Of a stretch of 64,000 nt of DNA, positions 1 to 9,396 are shown piece by piece (position 1 is the stretch's first letter; each line of letters opens with the position of its first letter). The notes below the pieces were generated by a model. It made no database searches, was not told the DNA's origin, and saw only the letters and a program-made list of their open reading frames with translations. The translations under genes and the position numbers were made by a program. The DNA comes from Patescibacteria group bacterium. Its GTDB lineage: Bacteria > Patescibacteriota > Microgenomatia > UBA1400 > PJMF01. The stretch covers positions 9,474 through 73,473 of the forward strand of contig JACFOI010000002.1 in the NCBI GenBank assembly GCA_019454415.1. Reading direction: 5' to 3'.

Positions 1-862
1 CTTTCTCGACAGGAACGCGATTTAAGCCGTGAGAAGTAAAGAGTTTTTCTACGCGATAGCTGCCATAGTTGGCGTTATTCTGATCAATCACTGTGACTCG
101 ATCCCCTAGGTGAAGCTGACCACGTTTGACTCGGCCATTGCAGAGTTTCCCCAAGTAAGAGTCTGCTTCGAGAGTAGATATAAGCATCTGGAAAGGAGCT
201 TCATCATTTCCCCGTGCAGACGGGAAAAACTCGAGAATCTTTTCAAATAAGATCGTTAAATCAGTTGGTTGGGCAATTTCCTCAGGAGTAGGCAAGTGAT
301 CCCAAGCTTTACCCTGAAGGCCAATTGAGTAGATGATCGGGAAGTCCAGATAACTTGGATCGTCGGTGTTGTTGAGGAAGAGATCCTCGATCTGGTTGAT
401 CGTGCCTGCAATATCGGCGTGTGGTTTGTCGATTTTGTTGATCAAGACCATCACCCGTAAGCCAAGTGAGATCGCTTTCTTCAAGACGAATTTAGTCTGG
501 GGGAGTGGGCCTTCAGCAGCATCCACCAACAGAACCGCACCGTCGGCCATTCCTAGTACCCGCTCCACTTCACCGGCAAAGTCGGCGTGGCCAGGGGTAT
601 CAATAATATTGATTTTGTAATTTTGGCCACTCTTCCGAGAAAAGTAGTCGACTGAGGTGTTTTTAGCCAGGATAGTGATCCCTTTTTCCCGCTCCAGATC
701 ATTGGAGTCCAAGATCGTAGTCTGACTCATCTCTGCCTGGTTTTCCCGGAAGGTGTGAGTCTGTTTTAACATCCAGTCCACCATAGTCGTTTTGCCATGG
801 TCGACGTGGGCAATAATTGCCACGTTACGGATATCGCTGATATTTACGGTATTTTCAGTCAT
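1..862 (-). CDS. typA: Translational GTPase TypA/BipA, N-terminal part; the gene continues past the window start
   Basis: The reverse-complement translation starts MTENTVNISDIRNVAIIAHVDHGKTTMVDWML and continues through LDSNDLEREKGITILAKNT and IIDTPGHADF. These are the G1 and G3 motifs and the TypA-specific MDSNDLEKERGITILAKNT block. The ATG is at 862..860. Confidence 0.8.
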   Translation of the reverse strand, partial: MTENTVNISDIRNVAIIAHVDHGKTTMVDWMLKQTHTFRENQAEMSQTTILDSNDLEREKGITILAKNTSVDYFSRKSGQNYKINIIDTPGHADFAGEVERVLGMADGAVLLVDAAEGPLPQTKFVLKKAISLGLRVMVLINKIDKPHADIAGTINQIEDLFLNNTDDPSYLDFPIIYSIGLQGKAWDHLPTPEEIAQPTDLTILFEKILEFFPSARGNDEAPFQMLISTLEADSYLGKLCNGRVKRGQLHLGDRVTVIDQNNANYGSYRVEKLFTSHGLNRVPVEK

Positions 863-978
863 AGGAGGCTTCGATCAACGGGAATTGGTCAAGCGAGCAA
901 TTATACCAGGCTTTTTGCCGGATTTATAGACTCGGATGATGATACAATTCTCTCAAGAGAAACAAGGACTCTTTTCAG

Positions 979-2265
979 ATGTTTGACCTCGTTCAACTTC
1001 GATTTCTAGCTGGCAATGGCGGCAACGGCCGCGTTTCGTTCCGCCGAGAAAAGTACATTCCCAAAGGTGGACCGGACGGCGGCAATGGTGGCCGGGGCGG
1101 AAGTATCTTTTTGCGTGCCAACAAGGGCTTAAACTCGCTTCAACATTTTGCCGGAGTAAAGGAGTTTGCGTCTAAGTCCGGTCAGGCTGGCGGCGCCCGG
1201 AACCAAATTGGCGCGAATGGTGAAGATCTCTACATCGAGGTGCCGGTTGGGACTCGAGTGTGGCTAGTAGCAGAGAATAGAATGAGTAAAATTCGTCGGA
1301 CATTTCGCCCTCATGAGGGTCAAGAAGAGCCGACGATTAAACATCAACTCCTGACGCTGTCTGTCAAAGGAGGGCGACCGGATCCTTTGCCTCCTGATGA
1401 GCTCCAACCAATCAATCTGGAACGAGAAAGTGAAGAGACCATCACTCGCCTGGATAACTCCGGTGCTGGTGCGACTGCTGAACCCCAGGTTTTTCGTTCG
1501 GAGTCACTCAAAAATCGACGTCTCAAAGATATTCCCAAACTACTACTTGTTGAGCTCCTGGAGGATGGTCAAGAAGTCTTGATTGCCAAAGGTGGCGAGG
1601 GCGGACGAGGCAATACCTGGTTCAAGGGTTCCACCAACACTACTCCCATCACCGCCGAGTATGGGACTCCGGGTGAACGCAAAGAAGTCATCTTGGAGTT
1701 GCGGTTGATTGCTGATGTCGGCCTGGTAGGTTATCCCAATGCTGGCAAAAGTACCTTATTATCCGTTATCACTCGAGCCAATCCAAAGATAGCTAACTAT
1801 CCGTTTACAACGTTAGAACCTAATTTGGGCGTGATGTTTAGCGAGGAAGCAGGTGGTCGGGACATTGTTCTGGCTGATATCCCTGGGATTATCGAGGGTG
1901 CTAGTCAAGGCAAAGGATTGGGGTATGAGTTTCTCCGCCACGTTCAAGCGAGCCAAGCCCTCCTTTTCGTCTTGTCGCTTGATGAACCTGTAATTTATGA
2001 CGAGTCGCTCTCGGATCAAGAGAAAGCTCGGATGGTTTGGGATCAGTACCAGGTTTTACGCTCCGAGCTCAAAGAGTTTGATGAATCGCTGCCGGAACGC
2101 CCCACTGTCCTGAGCTTATCTAAATCAGAACTCTATAGTCCCGAGCTTGTTTCAGTGATCGAGAATGAGTTTAGACATCACCACAGTGAGATTCTGCCCT
2201 TTAGCTCTTTGACACGTCAGCACTTAGATACCCTCCAGCGTACACTTCGCGCTATTCTTTCCTAG
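979..2265 (+). CDS. obg: GTPase Obg/CgtA carrying a roughly 90-aa insertion in the Obg-fold domain
   Basis: The N-terminus reads FRREKYIPKGGPDGGNGGRGGSIF, which is the Obg fold. GKSTLLS (G1), DIPGIIEGA (G3) and the LSKSE region follow. An extra segment lies between VPVGTRVW and LIAKGGEGGRGN. Confidence 0.85.
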   Translation: MFDLVQLRFLAGNGGNGRVSFRREKYIPKGGPDGGNGGRGGSIFLRANKGLNSLQHFAGVKEFASKSGQAGGARNQIGANGEDLYIEVPVGTRVWLVAENRMSKIRRTFRPHEGQEEPTIKHQLLTLSVKGGRPDPLPPDELQPINLERESEETITRLDNSGAGATAEPQVFRSESLKNRRLKDIPKLLLVELLEDGQEVLIAKGGEGGRGNTWFKGSTNTTPITAEYGTPGERKEVILELRLIADVGLVGYPNAGKSTLLSVITRANPKIANYPFTTLEPNLGVMFSEEAGGRDIVLADIPGIIEGASQGKGLGYEFLRHVQASQALLFVLSLDEPVIYDESLSDQEKARMVWDQYQVLRSELKEFDESLPERPTVLSLSKSELYSPELVSVIENEFRHHHSEILPFSSLTRQHLDTLQRTLRAILS

Positions 2266-3805
2266 AGTTTATCATCACTTGTTTTTGGACCGTTCACAGC
2301 GACAAGCGGCTTGGTAGGTTTGTTTTGACAATGGGGGATTTTGTCAGTGATTGGAAGAAAAAGGGTGGTTGTGGAAATGTAGATGATTGACAAAAAGCTA
2401 AGTTTTTTAGTGGACGGACTTTCTTCTAGTCTGAGGTAAGAGGGGGACTAGGAAGCTGTAGAATGGTTTTCTTCGCCGCTCCCAATTTTAAACAAAAAAT
2501 GATCCGCGTCCTCACGTTCTATCCTTTTTGAATTGGAGGGGTGTCCGGGAGTTCTTTTCTTCACAGTTAGTTTTTTTCTATGTATCATTTTCGGATTGTT
2601 GAAAAGGGCTGACCATTTTTGATGTCTTTAGAATTTAATTAATTCCTGAAAAAATTTGCAGAAATAATATCTGCGAAGCCCATTAAATCTGGGAAAATGC
2701 TCAACGATGACTCTAAAAGTGGGTTCAGAGAAGGCATTGAGAAAATAGGAAATTGTGGATATTTTGTCTATTTTTCTTCACTTTGTGGAAAAAGGTGAGA
2801 AAAGGGTTTGAATTTTCTGTTAACTAGCTTTCCACCGACTCTTTTAAGCCCGAAAAATATAGATATCTAAAGATGTATTTCATCACAGAAATAAAAACCG
2901 CGTATATTGTGATTCAGCACACTTTCTCCGTGAAACGCGAGGAAAGGAGTTTTGTGACAAAGAGATTTTAAGATGTGTCTTTTCGGATTTTATTGTCGTT
3001 CTTCTTCTAAAAAAGGCTCAAAATAGCCTTTTCATGGGATTTCTCGCTTATTCGGATAGTCGTATTATGTATGGCTACTCTCAACTCGAGTAAAACTAGC
3101 AGAGATCATTGATATTTGCTAGCAAATAAAATTTGAATTTTTTGTTTATCTATCAATATAATTTTAGATAAATTACGTAAAACATTCGGAAGAGGGGAAG
3201 AAGAGCGAGAATCCTTGCCTGCACATACCAAGTAGCTAATAGAGGAGTCCAGAGAAGTTCTAGATGACCGATTTAGGCTGTTTTGGCACCCCTAACAGTA
3301 ATGTGGGGTATCGAACGACAACCTTTTAGCTGCCCTCAAGGCAGCAATCTTGACTATTTTCATGAAAAATTTTCGGGAAAAATGACAACTTGAAAGTTTT
3401 ATTGACCCGTCGCGTCGCAGAGGAGAGGCTCGAGACACCTCATCTGTTCGATTTGATATCTTTGTAGAGAATTTTTCTTCTTTTCGATAATGAATTATCC
3501 AGATTATGCGTTAATAGATTTACAAAAATGCGGTAAAAAACCATTGAAATTTCGGAAATATTGCAATAATAATGATGTCTTTATATTTAACAAAATATAA
3601 AGCGAAAATAAATCTTTTAAATCTGGAAAATAGCGACAGACCAACTTCTTTATTGCGGGAATACTTTTCAGAAAACTAGTGATATACTTGCTCCAAATGA
3701 ACCTATGTGTCGCACAGCTCAGCCTTCTTCTTCCTCTATGCTAAACGGGGATGAGGTTTGTGTGCCAAATCCCCAAACGGGGATTTTTTAGTATTCTGGA
3801 GGCAA

Positions 3806-6289
3806 ATGAAAAAAATTTATGATCACATCCAAGTAGAAGAAAAATGGCAAAAGTTTTGGGAAGAGGAGAACTTTTTCCAACAGACAGACGTTGTCCCGGC
3901 AGGTATGGAAAAAGACTACTTGCTCTTTGCCTTTGCCTATCCCTCTGGGTCTGGATTACATGTTGGCCACGTAGAATCCAAGACTGCTTTGGATATCTTA
4001 GCCCGATTCAAACGGATGAATGGGAAGCATGTCTTCTTTCCAGTAGGATGGGATGCTTTTGGCTTGCCGGCCGAGAACTATGCTGTTAAAACAGGTGTCC
4101 CTCCGGTGGTAACTACCAAGAATGCAATTGACACTTTCCGCCGACAGATCAAGCGGCTCGGCATATCTTATGACTGGGCAAACGAGATTGCTACAAATCA
4201 CCCTGGCTACTACAAGTGGACCCAGTGGCTCTTCCTGAAGATGTACCAGAAAGGACTAGCTTACCGTGGGAAGGGAATGGTCAACTGGTGCCCTCAGGAC
4301 CAGACAGTGCTGGCAAATGAGCAAGTAGTTAACGGCAAGTGTGAGCGCTGCGGTACCCAAGTCATCCAGAAAGAGCTGGAACAGTGGTACTTCAAGATCA
4401 CTGAGTATACGGAGGAACTCATTTCCGGATTAGATCAGGTCGACTGGCCCAAGCCAACGAAAGAGCAGCAGCTCCACTGGATTGGCAAGAAAAATGGAAT
4501 AGAGATCGAGTATCCAGTTGAGGGGACTGACCAAAGCATTATCTGTTTTACGACTCGGCCAGATACAAACTTTGGAGCGACCTTTATCGTTTTGGCTCCG
4601 GAGCACCAGTTTGTCAGAGATATCCTCGATAAAAAGATTCCTTTAACTGAAGAACAAGAAAAGCATCTCCCCAAGCTAGCTCGCTACGTCCAACAAACGG
4701 CTGAGAAAACTGAGTTAGATAGACAGGCTGAGGGGAAGCGTAAAACTGGTGTTTTTACGGGCTTTTATGTGCTTAACAGACTAAATGGAAAGAAGTTGCC
4801 AGTTTGGATCTCAGACTTTGTGCTTGCCGGCTTTGGAACTGGTGCTGTGGTGGGAGTTCCGGGTCACGACCTGCGTGACTTCCAGTTTGCCAGGACTTTC
4901 GACATTCCGGTGATCCGTGTGGTGGTCGGTCCTGATAAAAACGAAGGGGAGATCACTGACGAGTCTCAAGTTCAAGAAGAGGCGGGTCACATGATTAACT
5001 CCGAGTTCCTGAACGGCTTGGAGATCCATGAAGCAACCGAAAAAATGATGGACTTTCTTGAAGACAATGGATGGGGGAAACGCACAGTCAGTTACAAGCT
5101 CCGGGACTGGCTGATCTCCCGGCAAAGATACTGGGGTGCACCGATCCCTATCGTCTATGACCCTCAAGGGAATGCTCATCCGGTAAAAGAAGAGCACTTG
5201 CCCTGGATGTTACCCACTGACGTTGACTTCAAGCCTACAGGAGAGTCGCCTCTCAAAAGCTCAAAAGAGTTCTTTGAGCGAACAGAACGACTCTATGGTA
5301 AGGGGTGGACGCCTGAATGCGATACGATGGATACCTTCGTTGACTCGAGTTGGTACTATCTGCGTTATACAGACTCCCGGAACGAGAGTGCCTTTGCCGA
5401 TAAAGAAAAGATGGCTAAACTCTTGCCCGTAGACATGTACTTGATTGGGCCGGAACACATCGTTCTGCACCTGTTGTACTCCAGATTTTTCACTAAGTTC
5501 CTCCGAGATGAGGGGTATCTCACTTTTGATGAGCCATTTATGAAGATGCGTCACCAAGGCATGATCCTGGGGCCGGACGGAAAGAAGATGAGCAAGAGTA
5601 AAGGCAATGTGATCACTCCTGATGAAATTATCGAAAAGTACGGAGCTGATACCCTCCGGGTGTATGAAATGTTCATGGGCCCGCTTGAGAGTGATAAGCC
5701 TTGGGATACCGGCAGCGTCATTGGCGTCTATCGTTTTCTGCAAAGGATTTATCAGCTTTACCAAACCGGTGTGACGGAAAAAGAAGCACCGGGACTTGTT
5801 TCCGCATTACACGCCACGATCAAAAAGGTGAGTGAGGACATCCCTGAGCTGAAGTTCAATACAGCAATTGCAGCCTTAATGATCTTCATCAATCAATGGG
5901 AAGAGAGCATAAAAAAGGCGAAAGTAGGCATAAATGCAGAAAACGCGAATGCTTTTTTGAAAATCCTTGCTCCGTTCGCACCTTTTTTGAGCGAAGAAAT
6001 CTATCAATCGCTTAATTCAAGTGCTAAAAACCTCAAGAAGAGTGTCCATTACGAAGAATGGCCAAAGCATGACCCGAAACAATTAATTCAAGAAAAAGTA
6101 GTTGTCGTTATTCAGGTTAACGGAAAGCTGCGGGGAGAGGTCGAGATTCCTCAGGAGGATATTAATAACCAAGAGGTGGTAATTGCAGCAGCTACATCAA
6201 GTCCACAAGTTACAAAGTGGCTGGAAGGCAAGGAGATAGTGAAAGAAATTTACGTTGCCGGAAGAGTAGTCAACTTGGTGGTGAAGTAG
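3806..6289 (+). CDS. leuS: Leucyl-tRNA synthetase
   Basis: HVGHVESKTALDILARF carries the HIGH motif and KMSKSKGN the KMSKS motif. Length and domain order fit a bacterial LeuS. The likely start is the ATG at 3806, preceded by GGAGG, not the first ATG of the ORF at 3758. Confidence 0.9.
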   Translation: MKKIYDHIQVEEKWQKFWEEENFFQQTDVVPAGMEKDYLLFAFAYPSGSGLHVGHVESKTALDILARFKRMNGKHVFFPVGWDAFGLPAENYAVKTGVPPVVTTKNAIDTFRRQIKRLGISYDWANEIATNHPGYYKWTQWLFLKMYQKGLAYRGKGMVNWCPQDQTVLANEQVVNGKCERCGTQVIQKELEQWYFKITEYTEELISGLDQVDWPKPTKEQQLHWIGKKNGIEIEYPVEGTDQSIICFTTRPDTNFGATFIVLAPEHQFVRDILDKKIPLTEEQEKHLPKLARYVQQTAEKTELDRQAEGKRKTGVFTGFYVLNRLNGKKLPVWISDFVLAGFGTGAVVGVPGHDLRDFQFARTFDIPVIRVVVGPDKNEGEITDESQVQEEAGHMINSEFLNGLEIHEATEKMMDFLEDNGWGKRTVSYKLRDWLISRQRYWGAPIPIVYDPQGNAHPVKEEHLPWMLPTDVDFKPTGESPLKSSKEFFERTERLYGKGWTPECDTMDTFVDSSWYYLRYTDSRNESAFADKEKMAKLLPVDMYLIGPEHIVLHLLYSRFFTKFLRDEGYLTFDEPFMKMRHQGMILGPDGKKMSKSKGNVITPDEIIEKYGADTLRVYEMFMGPLESDKPWDTGSVIGVYRFLQRIYQLYQTGVTEKEAPGLVSALHATIKKVSEDIPELKFNTAIAALMIFINQWEESIKKAKVGINAENANAFLKILAPFAPFLSEEIYQSLNSSAKNLKKSVHYEEWPKHDPKQLIQEKVVVVIQVNGKLRGEVEIPQEDINNQEVVIAAATSSPQVTKWLEGKEIVKEIYVAGRVVNLVVK

Positions 6290-6337
6290 CGTGAAACGTT
6301 ACGCTTCTTGTAAGAAACCTGGCATAGACTCGACTTT

Positions 6338-6775
6338 ATGCCAGGTTCTTTTTTTGAGTCATTTGACTCCTTCCTTCCAGAGAGAAATATCACCAGGCTT
6401 TGTTTAGGGATAGGGATTCTGGGCGTCCTTGGTTTTGCGACAGCCCTGTTTCTGGTGTTCTTGGGAAGTAGGGAAGCTCAGTCGCTAGAACTCGAATTAA
6501 GTACTCCTCAAGCTTCTCCCATCCAGTCTATTTTGTCCTCGCCAGTAACTCTCTCTGTTCCTCAAAGCTCTCAATTCCCAGACTCGAATAGGCAAGGAAA
6601 AGTTTCCGTGAACACAGATGATCTTGAGGCCTTGATGGAGTTGCCTCTGATTGGCGAAAAAAAGGCTCAAAAGATTATTGATGGTCGTCCATACTCCTCA
6701 ATTGAAGAATTCTTCCAAACGAATGGTTTTGGAGAGAAGACGAGGCAGCAACTTCAAAATCTTATAAAACTTTGA
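6338..6775 (+). CDS. comEA: ComEA-like competence protein: membrane anchor plus a helix-hairpin-helix DNA-binding domain
   Basis: An N-terminal TM helix is followed by a C-terminal LEALMELPLIGEKKAQKIIDGRP...GFGEKTRQQL tandem HhH motif. It lies immediately upstream of comEC. Confidence 0.7.
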   Translation: MPGSFFESFDSFLPERNITRLCLGIGILGVLGFATALFLVFLGSREAQSLELELSTPQASPIQSILSSPVTLSVPQSSQFPDSNRQGKVSVNTDDLEALMELPLIGEKKAQKIIDGRPYSSIEEFFQTNGFGEKTRQQLQNLIKL

Positions 6776-6782
6776 GTTTAAA

Positions 6783-8174
6783 ATGATTGCTTCATACATA
6801 TTAATAACAAATCTTTTATTGCAAGAATATAAAAATAACCAAAGTAGTCTGGTGATGAACGAATCGGGAATTAGAGAAAAAGTCGAAGTTAGAGCTGAAA
6901 AGCATGAAGTAAACACGAATCAGGCTACATCTTTCAAGACTTATCCACTACAAGTAGTCACAGCCAATAGTAGGCAGCAGGTACCAGATAGAAGAGCCGA
7001 TAACAGCCTTGGGAATAGCAATAAACACCCTTCTTCTGACAAAGGGGTAATGAGTCAAAATGTATTGATTAAACAAACAAAACCTATTTTTTCACACAAG
7101 AGTGATTGGGGCTTTTTTCTCCGACCTGCTTTTTTATGTTCTGTGGAGGAAAGGAGAGGGTTTTTTCAAAGATTACTGGAACCCTATCTGATAAGCGACT
7201 CCTCCAATCTGGTGATGGGTCTAGTCTTCGGAGGAGGGCAAAACCTGGAAAAATCATTTAAAAACCAGGTTAGAATCGCAGGATTAAGCCATGTCTTGTC
7301 AGCATCAGGGTCGAATGTTTCGCTAGTTCTCTTGATTAATTCGCCCTTTATTCGTAGAAAGTTCGGGTCACTTTTCACACTACTGACAAGTATTCTTGCA
7401 GTGAGCGTATATCTCTCGATAGCAGGATGTACTGCGCCTCTTTTTAGAGCTGCAATCTCTGCTATCTTAGCCTTACTTGGTCACTCCCTCTGGAAAAGGA
7501 AGATATCCCAGGCTTGGCTCTTGGGCATCACTGGTGGAGTCATGTTATTAATTTCTGCAGATTACCTCACAGATGTTTCATTTCAGCTTTCTATGGCCGC
7601 CACTTATGGCCTTTTAGCCAGTACCAAATTGTTCCCCGATAAATCAAGAGATTATCTTGATGATTCAATCTCAGGGATAAAACACGGATGCTATCACTCA
7701 ACAGTAGCGAGTGATAGTTTTTCTCGAGTACTATCTGGAATGACTATATTCACGAACTATTTGCGAGGATGGGTTTTGGCTGCTATGCGTACAACATTAG
7801 CAGTACAGCTTTTTACACTGCCAATTGTAATTGGCAATTTTCATCAATTGTCAATTTTAGGAATTGTCAGTAATGTAGCTATCGTTTGGGTAGTCCCATT
7901 GTTAATTGCAGTAACTCTTCTCACCATTTTTTGCAGTTTCTTTCATTTTTCGCTCTTCGCTGTGTTATTTGGTCACCTTACAAACTATCTTTCCAATTTC
8001 TTTATTTCCACGACACGGTTCTTAGGAAGCCACCAAAGTTTTTTGCTTCAGTTATCAGAATCACAAACAACTTGTCTTCTTTTGATCTATTTTGTCCTTC
8101 TTTTGGTGTATTTCGTCTGCATTTTAAGTAGACGAAAACTGAATAAGAAGGGTGAAAGGTACCTTTGTCGTTAA
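6783..8174 (+). CDS. comEC: ComEC/Rec2 competence channel, membrane (Competence-domain) portion. The ORF ends 10 nt inside the next ORF
   Basis: AGLSHVLSASGSNVSLVLL matches the ComEC GLSHLLAISGLHV motif. The protein is polytopic. The N-terminal ~100 residues are hydrophilic, and a DUF4131-like OB region is not evident. Confidence 0.7.
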   Translation: MIASYILITNLLLQEYKNNQSSLVMNESGIREKVEVRAEKHEVNTNQATSFKTYPLQVVTANSRQQVPDRRADNSLGNSNKHPSSDKGVMSQNVLIKQTKPIFSHKSDWGFFLRPAFLCSVEERRGFFQRLLEPYLISDSSNLVMGLVFGGGQNLEKSFKNQVRIAGLSHVLSASGSNVSLVLLINSPFIRRKFGSLFTLLTSILAVSVYLSIAGCTAPLFRAAISAILALLGHSLWKRKISQAWLLGITGGVMLLISADYLTDVSFQLSMAATYGLLASTKLFPDKSRDYLDDSISGIKHGCYHSTVASDSFSRVLSGMTIFTNYLRGWVLAAMRTTLAVQLFTLPIVIGNFHQLSILGIVSNVAIVWVVPLLIAVTLLTIFCSFFHFSLFAVLFGHLTNYLSNFFISTTRFLGSHQSFLLQLSESQTTCLLLIYFVLLLVYFVCILSRRKLNKKGERYLCR

Positions 8175-9097
8175 ACAAGGCACTCTTAATAATCGGCGGG
8201 GGATGCTTATTGCTGATCTTGGTAGGGACACAACTGTTGAGTCGGTGGCCAGATAATCAGCTCCACCTCATCTTTTGTGACGTGGGACAAGGCGACGGAA
8301 TCTTAGTGATCTACCGTTTTACCGAGATTCTAATCGATAGCGGACCAGATCAAACTATTACTGATTGCCTTGCCAGGCATCTTCCGCCTGGTGATAAAAC
8401 ACTCGAGATGGTGATCGCAACTCACCCTGATAAGGATCATATCGGTGGTTTTCCAGCCGTTTTTCGCCATTACAGAGTCTCCGATCTGTTTTTGATCGGA
8501 ATCGGTAAGCCTACTCGAGATTTTTCGGAGTTCAGGCAGGCTGTACTTCAGTTGCTCTCTCGAGGAAGTAAAGTACATCTCGGGCGGGCTGGGCAGCAGT
8601 TTGCTGTTCATGGCAAGTTTCAAATGACAATCATTTCACCTCAAGTAGAGACCGGGACTCTTGAGCTCTTCACTGAGCAGAAAACCGAAGAACAGTTATC
8701 GGCCATTTACCGCCAACAGGAGGCTGAACACAAGTCCATAAATGACGAATCAATCGCTACTTTTCTTCAAGTAGGCCATTTTAGAATTCTACTCATGGCT
8801 GACATCGAGAAGCCTGGGGAGTTGGCACTCACCAGACGCCAAGTGTTAGGGAAAGTAGACATCCTAAAAGCTGGGCATCATGGCTCAAAAACAAGCACGA
8901 CAGTGCCATTTTTAGCCGAGACGCAACCCGAATATGTTGTCATTAGTGCCGGGAAAAATAATAGTTACGGACATCCACATCAAGAGGTCCTGGACAGGTT
9001 GGCCATCCCTCAGACTAACATTTTTCGAACAGATCGAGACGGCGACATTGAGTGGATAAGTAACGGCACAAGTTTTCGATGGAAGACACAGCATTGA
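8165..9097 (+). CDS. comEC: ComEC C-terminal metallo-beta-lactamase domain, annotated as a separate ORF with a TTG start. This is either a split gene or a frameshift
   Basis: A TM helix is followed by LIFCDVGQGDGILV...ATHPDKDHIGG...LKAGHHGSKTS, the MBL-fold motifs of ComEC. It lies in the -1/+2 frame relative to the upstream ORF. Frame 2 is open only from 8132. Confidence 0.65.
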   Translation: MSLNKALLIIGGGCLLLILVGTQLLSRWPDNQLHLIFCDVGQGDGILVIYRFTEILIDSGPDQTITDCLARHLPPGDKTLEMVIATHPDKDHIGGFPAVFRHYRVSDLFLIGIGKPTRDFSEFRQAVLQLLSRGSKVHLGRAGQQFAVHGKFQMTIISPQVETGTLELFTEQKTEEQLSAIYRQQEAEHKSINDESIATFLQVGHFRILLMADIEKPGELALTRRQVLGKVDILKAGHHGSKTSTTVPFLAETQPEYVVISAGKNNSYGHPHQEVLDRLAIPQTNIFRTDRDGDIEWISNGTSFRWKTQH

Positions 9098-9396
9098 GAA
9101 TGAGAAACCGCATTGGCTTTCACTCTTTTTGGGTCTTGTTTGTTAAGGAGCAGTTTATAACATTTTTACGACTCTTTTAATGCGATTGCAAGAGGCAATT
9201 TTAAGATAAGAATAATACCCAAAACTAAGATATCTCAAATGCATAAAACAGCGGTTTTAGGGGTCGTTTTAGGTGTCAAAGTGACGAAAATTTTGTGCCT
9301 AAAATGTGTTTTCTGAGTATAAAATTTTTATCTTAAAAGCAGCATTTTAATGTATGTCATTAAAATTAAGAGGGTAGTAAATGTACTCAAAAATAT

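Noticed and set aside
366-620. Small plus-strand ORFs (366-620, 797-1009) overlapping typA
   Set aside because: They lie antisense within a well-supported GTPase gene. They have low-complexity translations and no RBS.
1344-2019. Short ORFs antisense or out of frame within obg, leuS, argS, the giant protein and similar genes (many 60-160-aa entries in the six-frame track)
   Set aside because: Each is contained in a longer ORF with clear homology-type motifs. They are typical shadow ORFs.
3281-3356. tRNA-like or hairpin element (GGCACCCCTAACAGTAATGTGGGGTATCGAACGAC... then GCTGCCCTCAAGGCAGC) inside the large spacer
   Set aside because: It contains a TTCGAT-like T-loop fragment and two clean hairpins. 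I could not fold a complete cloverleaf with acceptor and anticodon arms. It is treated as unexplained secondary structure, mentioned under the spacer finding.
2266-3805. rRNA, RNase P RNA, tmRNA or SRP RNA hidden in the large spacer
   Set aside because: No matches to hallmark motifs were seen by eye (RNase P GGAAAGTCCGG/ACAGAACCCGGCTTA, tmRNA GGGGCTGATTC…TCCACCA, SRP GGAAGCAGCC). The region is too AT-rich for rRNA.
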